A stretch of 35,559 nucleotides of DNA from a virus (lineage: Duplodnaviria > Caudoviricetes), in IMG/VR virus record IMGVR_UViG_3300005077_000121, positions 1-35,559 of that record, one strand, 5' to 3'. The position numbers and the translations under genes are program-made. Within the stretch, counting starts at the first letter, position 1. Every line of letters begins with the position of its first letter. Positions 1 through 9,700 of the stretch are shown one piece after another. The notes beneath the pieces were generated by a model. That model had not been told where the DNA came from and ran no database searches. It saw only the letters and a program-made list of their open reading frames with translations.

Positions 1-1547
1 GTCGATGTCCCGCCACAAATAACAGCGTATTCTGTATGCGACGAACGCCCCGTGCCGCCGTCTGCTACAGGAATATCAGTCCCGCCCGCCCGATAAACAG
101 CGTTTCCTTCTACCGCAATATCACCAGCACCGGTACGTGTTATTGTCGTATCGGAAGCGTGTCCGAGGTTTATCCCTGCCAACTGCGGGGAGTCGTCCGT
201 ATCGAGTCCGAGGGAGTCGCGAGTCGGGAGCGTCTGGTCTCCGGTATTCGTTCCAGAAAGGTTGGAGAGTTTCGTTTTTTCGACGTCGGTCACATAATTG
301 TCATCGGCTCCAAGCGCGGCGGCATAGAGCGAATCGAAGTACGTCTTCAGCGTTGCTTTGATATTCGCCCACGTCGCCTTTTTCAGTACGTTCGAGGCGG
401 CACTGTCTATGAGAGGCATGGTATCAGCATCAACAGGTGTCGTCTTTGCCGTCGCACCATGAATGGAAGAACCTACATTTCCGGCGTCAGTCACGTCTGC
501 GCCTGCTTCTATGCCGTCGAGTTTTGTTATTTGTGTAGCCGTAGCATATCCGTCCACGGAAGCCGTAGCGGCTCCGAGTTTCATCTTGATACTTGACTGC
601 GTTTCGTCTCCTGTGTTCGTCCCTGAAACATTATCAAGAGCCGTCTTATTAGCGTGCGAGTGGAGAGCTGACTTTTCAGCGTCTGTAATATAATTATCAT
701 CCTCTCCGAGAGCCGGAGCCGCGCCGACGTCTGCGTAAGTCGTCCCGTGCGGGTTCCCAGAAGTCTGCGAATGGTCGTATGCCGTCTTTCCGCGATCGCC
801 TCTGTACGCCGTCGCCGATGTTTCACCGAGTGCAAGAGACGCTGAAATCTCCGCATATGCGGAACCGCTCCACCGATACGTCTTCCCGGTGTCAATCGTG
901 ATGTATATCTTCCCGGTCTCTCCCGTTCCTGGGAGCGAGGCGTAGTCGGCTACTTCCACGACATCATCGACAAACGAAGGCAGTTGCCCGGACGGAACTT
1001 TCCCGGCCGCGTCAAGTTCGGCGTAACCGTTTGAAATTCCCTTATTTGCGCTGTTTTCCGGAGTGAATCCGAGCGCGTCTTGCTTGCCGTTCCAGGTCGA
1101 TTTTTCGGTATCTGTGACAAGCCGATGAGTAGAATCGTCGGAAAGGTCAGCCAGTTCATCCGGGATAGTCGGCTTGTTGAGAATCTGAGCGTCGCCGGAT
1201 GTCGCGTTCCAATCCGCATTGACGTTCACCTCCGCACCTTCCGCAATGCCTGCTAGTTTCGTCTTCTCATCATCGGTAACATAGTTGTCATTCTCACCGA
1301 GCGCGGGAGCGGCGCCTACGTCTTCATACGAAAGTTCTCCCCATTCTACATCGTTATCTTCATCCGTCTTTTTCTTCAAGACTTGACCGGTCTGGCCACC
1401 TTCGGGGATTCCTCCTACAGAAGTGCGTATTTCTGATACCGTTATCTTTTTTGTTTTCAATTCGCTTATATCAACAATGGGAAGAACATCGTCTCCCGAT
1501 ACTGTTTCTATGTCTTCGAGTTGTGATATTTTTTTTGATGCGCTCAT
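1..1547 (-). CDS. Virion fibre/appendage protein, 5' part (runs off the left edge; absent from the ORF track)
   Basis: Manual translation from ATG 1547 is open to the edge: MSASKKISQLEDIETVSGDDVLPIVD...NKGISNGYAELDAAGKVPSGQLPSFVDDVVEVADYASLPGTGETGKIY...LALGETSATAYRGDRGK...IPVADGGTG. These motifs are typical of phage fibre proteins. Confidence 0.8.
   Translation of the reverse strand, partial: MSASKKISQLEDIETVSGDDVLPIVDISELKTKKITVSEIRTSVGGIPEGGQTGQVLKKKTDEDNDVEWGELSYEDVGAAPALGENDNYVTDDEKTKLAGIAEGAEVNVNADWNATSGDAQILNKPTIPDELADLSDDSTHRLVTDTEKSTWNGKQDALGFTPENSANKGISNGYAELDAAGKVPSGQLPSFVDDVVEVADYASLPGTGETGKIYITIDTGKTYRWSGSAYAEISASLALGETSATAYRGDRGKTAYDHSQTSGNPHGTTYADVGAAPALGEDDNYITDAEKSALHSHANKTALDNVSGTNTGDETQSSIKMKLGAATASVDGYATATQITKLDGIEAGADVTDAGNVGSSIHGATAKTTPVDADTMPLIDSAASNVLKKATWANIKATLKTYFDSLYAAALGADDNYVTDVEKTKLSNLSGTNTGDQTLPTRDSLGLDTDDSPQLAGINLGHASDTTITRTGAGDIAVEGNAVYRAGGTDIPVADGGTGRSSHTEYAVICGGTS
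270..1325 (-). repeat. Three dispersed copies of a peptide repeat A(P/A)ALG(E/A)(D/N)DNY(V/I)TDxEK inside the fibre gene
   Basis: Copies at about 1261-1320, 670-730 and 275-325 (approximate bounds). Confidence 0.7.
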
Positions 1548-1699
1548 AGAAGTATGTTTTTCATATTCTCCTGTAAAATTGACAACCCATCCTCTGTGAG
1601 CAGAACCGGGCAATATCTTCCGTCTCCGAAAGGAGATGTGACAGCACTGTATGGTGTGCTTTTTTCGCTATACGGAGATGTGATGCATGTTTCACTCAT
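1544..1699 (-). CDS. 51-aa protein ending in LLTEDGLSILQENMKNILL, coupled to the fibre gene
   Basis: Manual translation. Its TGA overlaps the fibre ATG (ATGA). Confidence 0.6.
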   Translation of the reverse strand: MSETCITSPYSEKSTPYSAVTSPFGDGRYCPVLLTEDGLSILQENMKNILL

Positions 1700-1705
1700 A
1701 TGTTT

Positions 1706-2086
1706 TTATTTTTTCAACACCCCGCGGAACGCTTCCGCGAATTTCGCATACAAGCCGAAGATGCTTCCCGAATATCTCTTTGTCGGAGTATATTCGTTTA
1801 CCTGTTCTTGTGTCGATATAGGTGTATTGTCGCATATTTCGATATCTTCGTCATCATCTTCCCACTGTGATTTCTTCACAAACTCGTAATGCACGGTACC
1901 GGTTCCTGTATCGACCTCTCCGGTAACGGTTCCTGCGGATATATTACTTCTGAGAAGTAGCATCACGATGCCGTCAAGGATGTCTGAATCGAGTCTCGTA
2001 TCTTTCGTCTCTATCAGCACAGTCCCGAAGATGTCGTTTGTCTCATATCGATATCCGTCTTCAGTTTTACGTTCTGTGAAAATCAT
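1706..2086 (-). CDS. Hypothetical protein downstream of the major capsid gene
   Basis: 126-aa ORF in operon order; no recognisable motif. Confidence 0.6.
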   Translation of the reverse strand: MIFTERKTEDGYRYETNDIFGTVLIETKDTRLDSDILDGIVMLLLRSNISAGTVTGEVDTGTGTVHYEFVKKSQWEDDDEDIEICDNTPISTQEQVNEYTPTKRYSGSIFGLYAKFAEAFRGVLKK

Positions 2087-2100
2087 GGTACGGGTGTGAA

Positions 2101-2143
2101 CCCATTTCCGCCCGCGATACGTGTTGCATCGTGGACGGAATGG
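2101..2143 (-). other. Strong stem-loop just after the capsid stop codon (mRNA stabiliser or attenuator)
   Basis: Minus strand CCAUUCCGUCCACGAUGC-AACAC-GUAUCGCGGGCGGAAAUGG, with G-U pairs and no U-tract. Confidence 0.55.
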
Positions 2144-2166
2144 ATGCGCTTCCGTTGCGCCTACCG

Positions 2167-3495
2167 TTAGGCCGAAGCCGATGCGGTAGTGAGTTTCGTG
2201 ACCGCAGCCGGAATGACGCGGACGTACCCTGTGCGCTCTGTGAAACGAATCGCTTCACGATCTGTCGTGATGAGGTTCACGTCAGCGCCGTCTGCGACAT
2301 TCCTCACGACACCGGAATTGAAGCGCATAGCTTCGAGTCCGGATGACTTGTATCCTTGGATACAGGCCTTTCGCAAATCTCCGAAGAGAACGAACGACGT
2401 ATCGACGGCAGTGTCGTCCTTGGAAGGCATGGCCTCCACGAGAACAAGCGGATAACTGTCGATAGTCTGCGGACCATTGCTGGTCGCAGGGGAGTAAATG
2501 TACTGCCCGTTTTCGTCCTTGAGTTTGCGAATATAACTACGGATCGTGCGGTGCATGTAGTATTTGGCATTTGCCAACGCTCCCGAAGGAGTTTCGTCCT
2601 GCATGTCGACAAGATCATCGTAATCGATAGACGCAAACGTCGTTCCGGTCATGACAACTTCGTTCACATCGGCAGCATTCAGGAGTCCTGTAAAGCCACC
2701 GTATGTCGAAGTGCCATCACCCTTGAAGAACGCTTCATCCTCCGCTTTCGCAAAGGCCTCGGCGACACGGGAACCGATGAACGAGAAGAGGTCAATCTCA
2801 CCGTCTTCGAGGAGTTCGCGTGTAAGCGTAACGATTACACCGAGCTTCTCGAGAGTGAGTTCCTCTTGCCCGAGTACGATTTGGCTGCTTCGAATGGTAG
2901 CTGCTTGGTCGACCCAGTACGTGGTGATGTCGGTAGCAAGGTTATTGGCCTTGTACGACCCCTTTGTAAGAGGAAGTGACGTCATCTCTCGGCGAGCGAC
3001 ACCGTATTCGGTCATGAGGTGGCGGATTTCAGCAGAGAGCTCCGAGTCGACGGTGTAACCCGCGTACGGAGAACCTGTTGCATCCGTGGTCATTTCCTTC
3101 ATACGAGCTTCGTCACCGGTCAAGAGGGCCTTCGTCATTTCACGCAAGCGGTCGGACATAAGCTTACGCTTTTCCTGTACCGCAGGATGGTAGATGCCGA
3201 CACCTTTCGACATGAGTTCCTTCTGCTCCTTCAAGAATTCTTTGACGTCGGCTTTTATTGCGGCTGACTCGCGGGAGAAGAGTGCTTTGATGCCCTCCTT
3301 GACCTCCTCCAAGTCTTCCGCACCTTCGTCAGAGCCGGTTTCCGGGAGGTCATTGACCTTCGCGGCCTCGTCTCCGAGGATGGCCTGCTCATCCGCCTTC
3401 AATTTTGCAATATCGGCGGCGAGTTTCGTCTTCTCGTCACGGGTTGCATAACCCTTTGCGAGAAGCGACTTGATGGTTTTGAAAATTTCAACCAT
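2167..3495 (-). CDS. Major capsid protein, HK97 fold, with N-terminal coiled-coil scaffold (delta) domain
   Basis: 442 aa; LTRELLEDGEIDL, AFAKAEDEAFFKGDG, IRKLKDENGQYI, LFGDLRK; follows the prohead protease. Confidence 0.95.
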   Translation of the reverse strand: MVEIFKTIKSLLAKGYATRDEKTKLAADIAKLKADEQAILGDEAAKVNDLPETGSDEGAEDLEEVKEGIKALFSRESAAIKADVKEFLKEQKELMSKGVGIYHPAVQEKRKLMSDRLREMTKALLTGDEARMKEMTTDATGSPYAGYTVDSELSAEIRHLMTEYGVARREMTSLPLTKGSYKANNLATDITTYWVDQAATIRSSQIVLGQEELTLEKLGVIVTLTRELLEDGEIDLFSFIGSRVAEAFAKAEDEAFFKGDGTSTYGGFTGLLNAADVNEVVMTGTTFASIDYDDLVDMQDETPSGALANAKYYMHRTIRSYIRKLKDENGQYIYSPATSNGPQTIDSYPLVLVEAMPSKDDTAVDTSFVLFGDLRKACIQGYKSSGLEAMRFNSGVVRNVADGADVNLITTDREAIRFTERTGYVRVIPAAVTKLTTASASA

Positions 3496-3658
3496 AGATA
3501 GATTGTCGATTATTGTCTTGTAATTTTAGATGCCCGACGTCACGGGGTGTTCGACCTGATAGTGTACGGTCGCCGTTATTATGGTCACACGTGAGACGTG
3601 TGAGCAGTGTGCTGTGTATCGCTCGGCTTCCTAACGTATATCATCACTTGGTAATATA

Positions 3659-4612
3659 TTATTTTGTTTGCATCAGTGTGCGGATTGCTTTGTTCACATT
3701 ACGGATTCGCACTTGCTCTTTCGTCTTTTGGTCAAGATTCGCATGAGATGCTCCTTCATCGAGGAGTGAGCTGATTGCCTTTGCCGCAATCTTATACTTC
3801 TCCCTACGCTCGTTCTCGATATTTCGTATCGCAGACGCGACTTTTGCCGTATACGACATCTGCACGGGTTCCTGCGGTATTACAGTTTCTTCAGGTTCAA
3901 TATCGGCTCCGGTATTTCCGTCTTCTTCATCATCACCGTCTCCTGATCCGCCTTCACTATCGTCGCCGTCTTCGGAAGCGGATTCCTCATCAGTTTCCTC
4001 AACCTCGTCACCTTCTGGAATTTCATCATTCCCTTGCTCTCCGTTTGGTTCTGTTTCGTCTCCATATTCGTCAATGTCTTCAGTGTTATCCGGTAATATG
4101 TCCGTATCGATTCCTTTCGCCTTTGCGAGCGCACGGGCGTTTGCCGGTACCGATACTGCGGAAACCTCCAAGAGCTCCGCTTCTTCGATAATATACCAAT
4201 CATTCGTTCCGTCAGGGTTCTCCTTGAATTTTCTCGGAAGAAATCCTACCGACGATGCATGGAGAAATCCTCCGGCGTATAAATCAAATATGATTTTGGC
4301 CTTCGGGTTTTCATTTACCGCAAATTCCCAATCCTGCTCGAGACGCGATCGTTTCCCCTTGCCGACAATCTCGGTGCGGGTCGCACGTGCTATCACTTCA
4401 GTGGCATCGCCATAGTTGTGGGAATTGAGGATGACAGGGTTTTCGATGAATTGTCCAAGTTGCCAACCGCTTTGGATGACAGTATCTCCGTGACGGTCGA
4501 CATCTTGTGTGGACGCTACCATGGTGAGCGTATGCGCCTCTTTGTTGATGCCCTTCACGGAGACGGGAAGAGACATGTACGCTTTTTGCCCTTTGATAAG
4601 TTTCGTTTTCAT
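3659..4612 (-). CDS. HK97-family prohead protease with long acidic C-terminal extension
   Basis: ASTQDVDRHGD, NPVILNSHN, SSVGFLP, AELLEVSAVSVPAN. Confidence 0.92.
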   Translation of the reverse strand: MKTKLIKGQKAYMSLPVSVKGINKEAHTLTMVASTQDVDRHGDTVIQSGWQLGQFIENPVILNSHNYGDATEVIARATRTEIVGKGKRSRLEQDWEFAVNENPKAKIIFDLYAGGFLHASSVGFLPRKFKENPDGTNDWYIIEEAELLEVSAVSVPANARALAKAKGIDTDILPDNTEDIDEYGDETEPNGEQGNDEIPEGDEVEETDEESASEDGDDSEGGSGDGDDEEDGNTGADIEPEETVIPQEPVQMSYTAKVASAIRNIENERREKYKIAAKAISSLLDEGASHANLDQKTKEQVRIRNVNKAIRTLMQTK

Positions 4613-4619
4613 AGTGAAA

Positions 4620-4628
4620 AGTATAACA
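4620..4628 (-). promoter_or_regulatory. Extended -10 promoter TGTTATACT, 7 nt before the protease ATG
   Basis: Matches TGnTATAAT in the intergenic gap; the spacing implies a leaderless mRNA. Confidence 0.6.
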
Positions 4629-4643
4629 CGTGACTAATAATTA

Positions 4644-6665
4644 TCACAAAACGCACCTGCAATTGATTACTTCTTCTGCCGGTCCGTTCGGGTCTCCCGG
4701 GAACATGAGTCCGTTGCTGAAAGTCCTGTCAATCGGACGTTCCTCGCCGTCTACGGACGCATGCGTGTCTCGAGTCGCTCCGTCCATAACGGCAACCCAT
4801 ATCTTTGTAGTAAGACCTGCCTGTTTATATCCTTGCATTGTACCATATTGTGTTGCGTTATGTACTTCCGTACGTGCAATGAGAGCAGCGCGCGCCTTCT
4901 TCGTATCTCCGTATGTGCTTTGGATTCGTGAGATGAGTCCCTCGCGCCCTTCTTCGGCAGTAATGCTATCTACAAAATCCTGACGAAGTTTCTTAAACGT
5001 TGTCTCGTTTATCTGGCGCATGAAGATACCCATGCGTTTATCGAGCCATGAACGAATATCGTCAGTCATAACGAACGCTCCCGCAGACCCCGCAAACTCT
5101 ACAGCATCGATTCCCGCCTGCTTCAATAGTTCTACCATGAGCGGTGTCAATTTCTCTTTGCCAAGATTCACCTCGACATCGATACTCAGTAATTCGTCGA
5201 ACTGGGCCTTTGTCTTTCGTTTTCCTTTCTCCGGCTGAAGTTTTGAGAGCAATCGTTCTTCTTGCTCCGAGAAATAATCCTGTATCTCACGTACGAACAT
5301 CTTCTCGCGCGAGTCCATACGCTTTGTTTGGATGTTCCAGTACATCCTTCGGATATCATAATCGGCCAAAGGATTTGCGTTCGATTCGTCTTTTGTGACA
5401 GATTTCCCTTTTGCAGAGTTATTCACACTATCCACAGGGTTATCCACAGTTCTGAGTGTTGTCAGATTGAATGGAACAAGGATGTTTTTACCCTCGTTCA
5501 CAGGGTCGAGTTCGAACCCTATCTGCCTAAGAGCTTCACGCTTCTCGTTTGTCGATATGGCGTTTATATTGCTCGCTGTCTCTATATTCTTGCGCTTCTC
5601 ATCAAGATTTTCCGGTGTCGGATCCACAAATGTGAGATTCATCCCATCGGGGAAGAGTTTCTGGTCGAGCGCCATCGTAAGTGTACGCAGAAGAGGCACG
5701 ATTGTCTCACGGAGGAATATCGCGCGGTCTGCGTCTGCGTTGTCGAATTTCACGTCAGTCGTGGATGCGAGCATGCTTTTTGGCACGCTTGTCAGTATGC
5801 AAATGTCTTCAAACGTCATCTTCTTCGCTTCGAGGAATGACAGTTCATCCGGGTTCAATCCGGTACGTACATAGTCGGCACCACCTCCAAGGAAAAGGGG
5901 AACACCTGACCTCTTGCTCTCGGCGTACTCTTTCTTGTAATCGTCTTTCATCTTCTCGAGCTGGTCTTTCGTAATCGGACCTGTGTCGAACTTGAAGACT
6001 CCCTCGACCTTTCCTCCGTTCTCGAGGATGCGCGAATGATATGTGCTTATTTGCGCCTCTGTGCTGATTGCATTGATGCCCGCCTTGAGGAGCGAGACGC
6101 CTCTCATCGGCGACTTCGGGTCCGGGTTGTGTGTATAAATTATTTCGCTTGGATCATACTCGACGCTTACCGAAGAATTTTGATATTGGTATTTCTCGAC
6201 AAGCCCTGTGTCTTTGTTGTAGATGGGCTTTACGAATGTCGGGATGAGAAGATGTAACGCGGTTATCTTCTTCGGGTCGAACAATCGTTCCGGATCTGCA
6301 CTTATCGCACGGTTCGTCGATTCGACGGAGATATATGTTTCGCCAATAAGGTCGAAGTATATCTGCCAAAGCTTCCAGAATTGCTGTCCGGTAAATACTC
6401 CGTTCGGGAGTGCAAGAAGATCGAGAAGCGGATGTTTCTCGATTTTATTTCCTTTTGCGTCATGGAGTACAAACTGTATCTCGCTCACCTTATCTGCGCG
6501 TTTTGCTATTGCTTTGTTCACATAGAGCGATATTTCGTTTGCGGTAAGGAAATCTCCCTGTGCCCAATTTCTCGAATTTGCAGGTAGCGATGTCGGAAGA
6601 ATGCCGAGATATTTTTTTGCTCGAACTTGTCCTCCGATGTTTTTGATGAATTGTGAAATGCCCAT
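4644..6665 (-). CDS. HK97-type portal protein fused to an SPP1 gp7/Mu F-like head morphogenesis domain
   Basis: Portal motifs (HPLLDLLALPN, FLEAKKMTFEDIC..VP, FLRETIVPLL) followed by RAALIARTE, KIWVAVMDGATRDTH, FSNGLMFPGDPNGPAEEVINCRC. Likely start is ATG 6665 rather than 6758. Confidence 0.92.
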   Translation of the reverse strand: MGISQFIKNIGGQVRAKKYLGILPTSLPANSRNWAQGDFLTANEISLYVNKAIAKRADKVSEIQFVLHDAKGNKIEKHPLLDLLALPNGVFTGQQFWKLWQIYFDLIGETYISVESTNRAISADPERLFDPKKITALHLLIPTFVKPIYNKDTGLVEKYQYQNSSVSVEYDPSEIIYTHNPDPKSPMRGVSLLKAGINAISTEAQISTYHSRILENGGKVEGVFKFDTGPITKDQLEKMKDDYKKEYAESKRSGVPLFLGGGADYVRTGLNPDELSFLEAKKMTFEDICILTSVPKSMLASTTDVKFDNADADRAIFLRETIVPLLRTLTMALDQKLFPDGMNLTFVDPTPENLDEKRKNIETASNINAISTNEKREALRQIGFELDPVNEGKNILVPFNLTTLRTVDNPVDSVNNSAKGKSVTKDESNANPLADYDIRRMYWNIQTKRMDSREKMFVREIQDYFSEQEERLLSKLQPEKGKRKTKAQFDELLSIDVEVNLGKEKLTPLMVELLKQAGIDAVEFAGSAGAFVMTDDIRSWLDKRMGIFMRQINETTFKKLRQDFVDSITAEEGREGLISRIQSTYGDTKKARAALIARTEVHNATQYGTMQGYKQAGLTTKIWVAVMDGATRDTHASVDGEERPIDRTFSNGLMFPGDPNGPAEEVINCRCVL
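5419..5448 (+). promoter_or_regulatory. Three tandem DnaA boxes inside the portal-gp7 linker
   Basis: TTATTCACA 5419, CTATCCACA 5428, TTATCCACA 5440; encodes TVDNPVDSVNN on the minus strand. Confidence 0.55.
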
Positions 6666-6682
6666 ATGAGTTACGTGCCTAT

Positions 6683-6747
6683 ATGATAACACGCATGCAA
6701 ACATCTTGGAAAGTGTCAAGATGTGTATTCGTGAATATAGTATAGCA
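6683..6747 (-). promoter_or_regulatory. Two extended -10 promoter candidates upstream of the portal gene
   Basis: TGTTATCAT (6691-6683) with TTCCAA 17 nt upstream, and TGCTATACT (6747-6739). Confidence 0.5.
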
Positions 6748-6758
6748 CTTTGGAACAA

Positions 6759-9700
6759 TCAAACAAAACCGAAGAACGGTTTTTCCGCAAATGTGAGATA
6801 GAATGCTTCTGCAAAGTCAGGCGATGTTCCCGTTCTTGCTTTGAGGTCTGGCTTTGGTTCCATCTGTATCTTCCTGTCCGAGATTGTTTTATATTTGAGC
6901 CACGTCAATTGCACCCATTCGTCACGCTTGTCGAGGCGTGTATCATCTTGCATAACCCACTTGCGCGCCTCCCAACAGAGTTCCGCTTTCAGGTTTGCGA
7001 AGTCATCCGGGCTGAAGATTGCCGGCTCCCCAACGTTCACGGCATGTATGGCATACCCCTTTTCCTTGAGACGATCGGATACACCGCGTCCGATACCGAT
7101 ATCGTCAATATTCACATCCTCTGGCAATATGCCGTATTCTGCCATAATCTCCTCTATTTCAGTCACGTTTACCATTGTGTCATTGCTCTTGTTTTGTCTC
7201 ACCACGCTTGCAAATTTGCCCCAACGCACGACAAACACGTTCCAGTCGCCTCCTCCTCCGATGTCTCCACCGAGTTTCGGTCGTATCTTCATGGATCCGC
7301 CGTTTTCCTCCCTGTGCTTCTCGATAAGCGTCTTAAGGAGTTCCGGTGTCATCCCGAATTTTATCTGGTCGGGAAGCACAAGGAGACGATACCCGCGCGC
7401 GTCCATGACGGACATGTCCGGGAAGAGTGATTCGTACAAAATATCGAAGAGCGGTTTATTCCGCGCTTCGTTTATGAATTCCTCCGTATAGCGCCCTTCC
7501 TTCAATGCTCTCTTGTAGTCGATGAATATCCTGTGATATTTCTCCGGCTGGAGCCATGTTTTGAAGAAGTGACTGTTCGGCGGTGCTGAATAGAACGGGT
7601 TTCCGATTTTTATGTATGACGCATTCGGACCCTTTCCGGCAATCATGCGGTACACTGTTGATTCTGAAGTGTCGCCAACGAGACAAAATTCGTCACCGAT
7701 TACTATTTCTGAATTGTGCACCAAGACACCGGATATAAAATAGTTATGATTTCCTTCAACTTCTATATTGTACACGTACCTAGTATGACTATCGTTTATG
7801 AATTCAACATCTCGGAAAAGAACTTCTTCCACATTTCTCTGTTGTGCCCCGTCTTTCCGTGGCAATGTTCGCATAGTGATACCAGATTGTTCATCCGACT
7901 GTTCGATTTGTCGTAATCTATGTGATGTATATGTAATTTTCCACCATTCCCGCAAATTCTGCATCGATTTCCATCTCTCAATTTTACTTCCTTTTTCAAT
8001 GTCTTTCTGAATTCCGGAGGATATGGCAATGTTCCTATTCCTCCCCTCCAAACTAAGCCCAACGCAAGTGCCATTCAATGCATCCGCACGAATCCACCCA
8101 CTACCAAAAACAAAGATTGGGTGATCATCAGTACATGAAAAAGAACGTCCGTCTTTCGTGTGTATCTTTACGATTCCTCTTTCCCCTCTTTCGTTCTTTT
8201 GCCATGCAAGTACTTTTTTATACTCTATTTTTTTTGTTTGTTCATTGTATGTTGCAACGCGTGTATCGATCTTTTTTTCTACAAATTCACCTATCGAAAT
8301 TTCTCCATATTCTGTCATCAATTTCTCTCCATAAAGAAAACATCCTTGGCCCATCGCCGCCTCGAGTGACTTCTTACTGTTTCGTTCGTCTGTGGATATG
8401 ACGAATATGCCTCCACCATTATTGAGCATGATCCGCTCTTTGTTTTCTTCCATACGAAGCTTCTCGAGGCGACTGTTTTTTTCTAGTTTCGTATAAAAAA
8501 GCGGGCTATCAGAAAGATGCTCAATGTAATATCGCATGATAATTTTCGCTTTGTCTGAAGATGGCGCAACGATGACGACAACCTTGCCGAATATACATGT
8601 CAGGATGAGCGCAGCGAGCGCAACCCACAATGAATTATGCGTCGGAATCATCTTTTTTCCAACGAGGTATATACCACCCTCTACCTGTATACAGTTACCT
8701 TGCACAGGGGATATTTCGCGTATCGATTTTACACATATTCCACGCTTACGTTCGAGTTTTGTTATTTTCTTGCGTGGCAAACGAGTAGGAATATCTATAT
8801 AGGGCGCAAAACCGACATAGTACGTCGTCTTCCTTCCCTTTATACCACTGTTGGATTCTGAGGGTTCCACAGCAGTCACAGATGTTCTCACACCAAGTGT
8901 ATGCAACAGTGTACACACGTCATCAACTAATCTCTTGTTTGTATTTATAAAATACACCCTTCCATTGCGCCACCCATTTTCTCTGTCTTTTTTATTTACA
9001 CTACCATCAGTATCTATCAATCCTGCGAGTAATTCTTTTCTTTGTTCGACACTTGCATGCAAATACATTTCAGGGATGTGTTTATTTCCAAGCAAAGACA
9101 ATTTATCCAATGCATTCAAAAAATCTGTTTTATAAAATGCGTGTGATGCGACCCCTGTTTGTTTGTGTATATGGGTTGTGCTTTTTTTATATGGAATAGA
9201 ATCAAGAATTATGTCATCTTTTGGATTTATGGTTATGACCGGTTTCGATGAGACACCGTCACCTAGCCACACACCAAGTGTATACGGATCCAAAGGCAAC
9301 ACGACATTCTCTCCCTTTATTGGTGAAGTAATCGGAAGAGTAAAATCAGAATAGTTTTTATATTGCTCTATTTTTTTTGTTTCGTATGTCCGGTATCCTT
9401 TAGTTCCTCTTTTGTGAAGTACCCACTCGTGATTTTCATGAACCTTTACGCGCTCTCCGTTCGTAAACTCGATTTCACGATTCGCAAAACCTTTTGGCAT
9501 TATTGCCTCAACACGAACAGCATCTCCTTTTTCGTTGAAAACAAAATCACCAACACGCAAATCACCATGTCGTTTCCACCCTAAAGTTGTCCATACAGGT
9601 TCATCGTCGGCAATCAGCTTACCATATTGGGTACTACAGATGATTTCGACGCGATTATGTTTCCGCAACACAATAGCCCCAAATATATGGAGTTGTCCAT

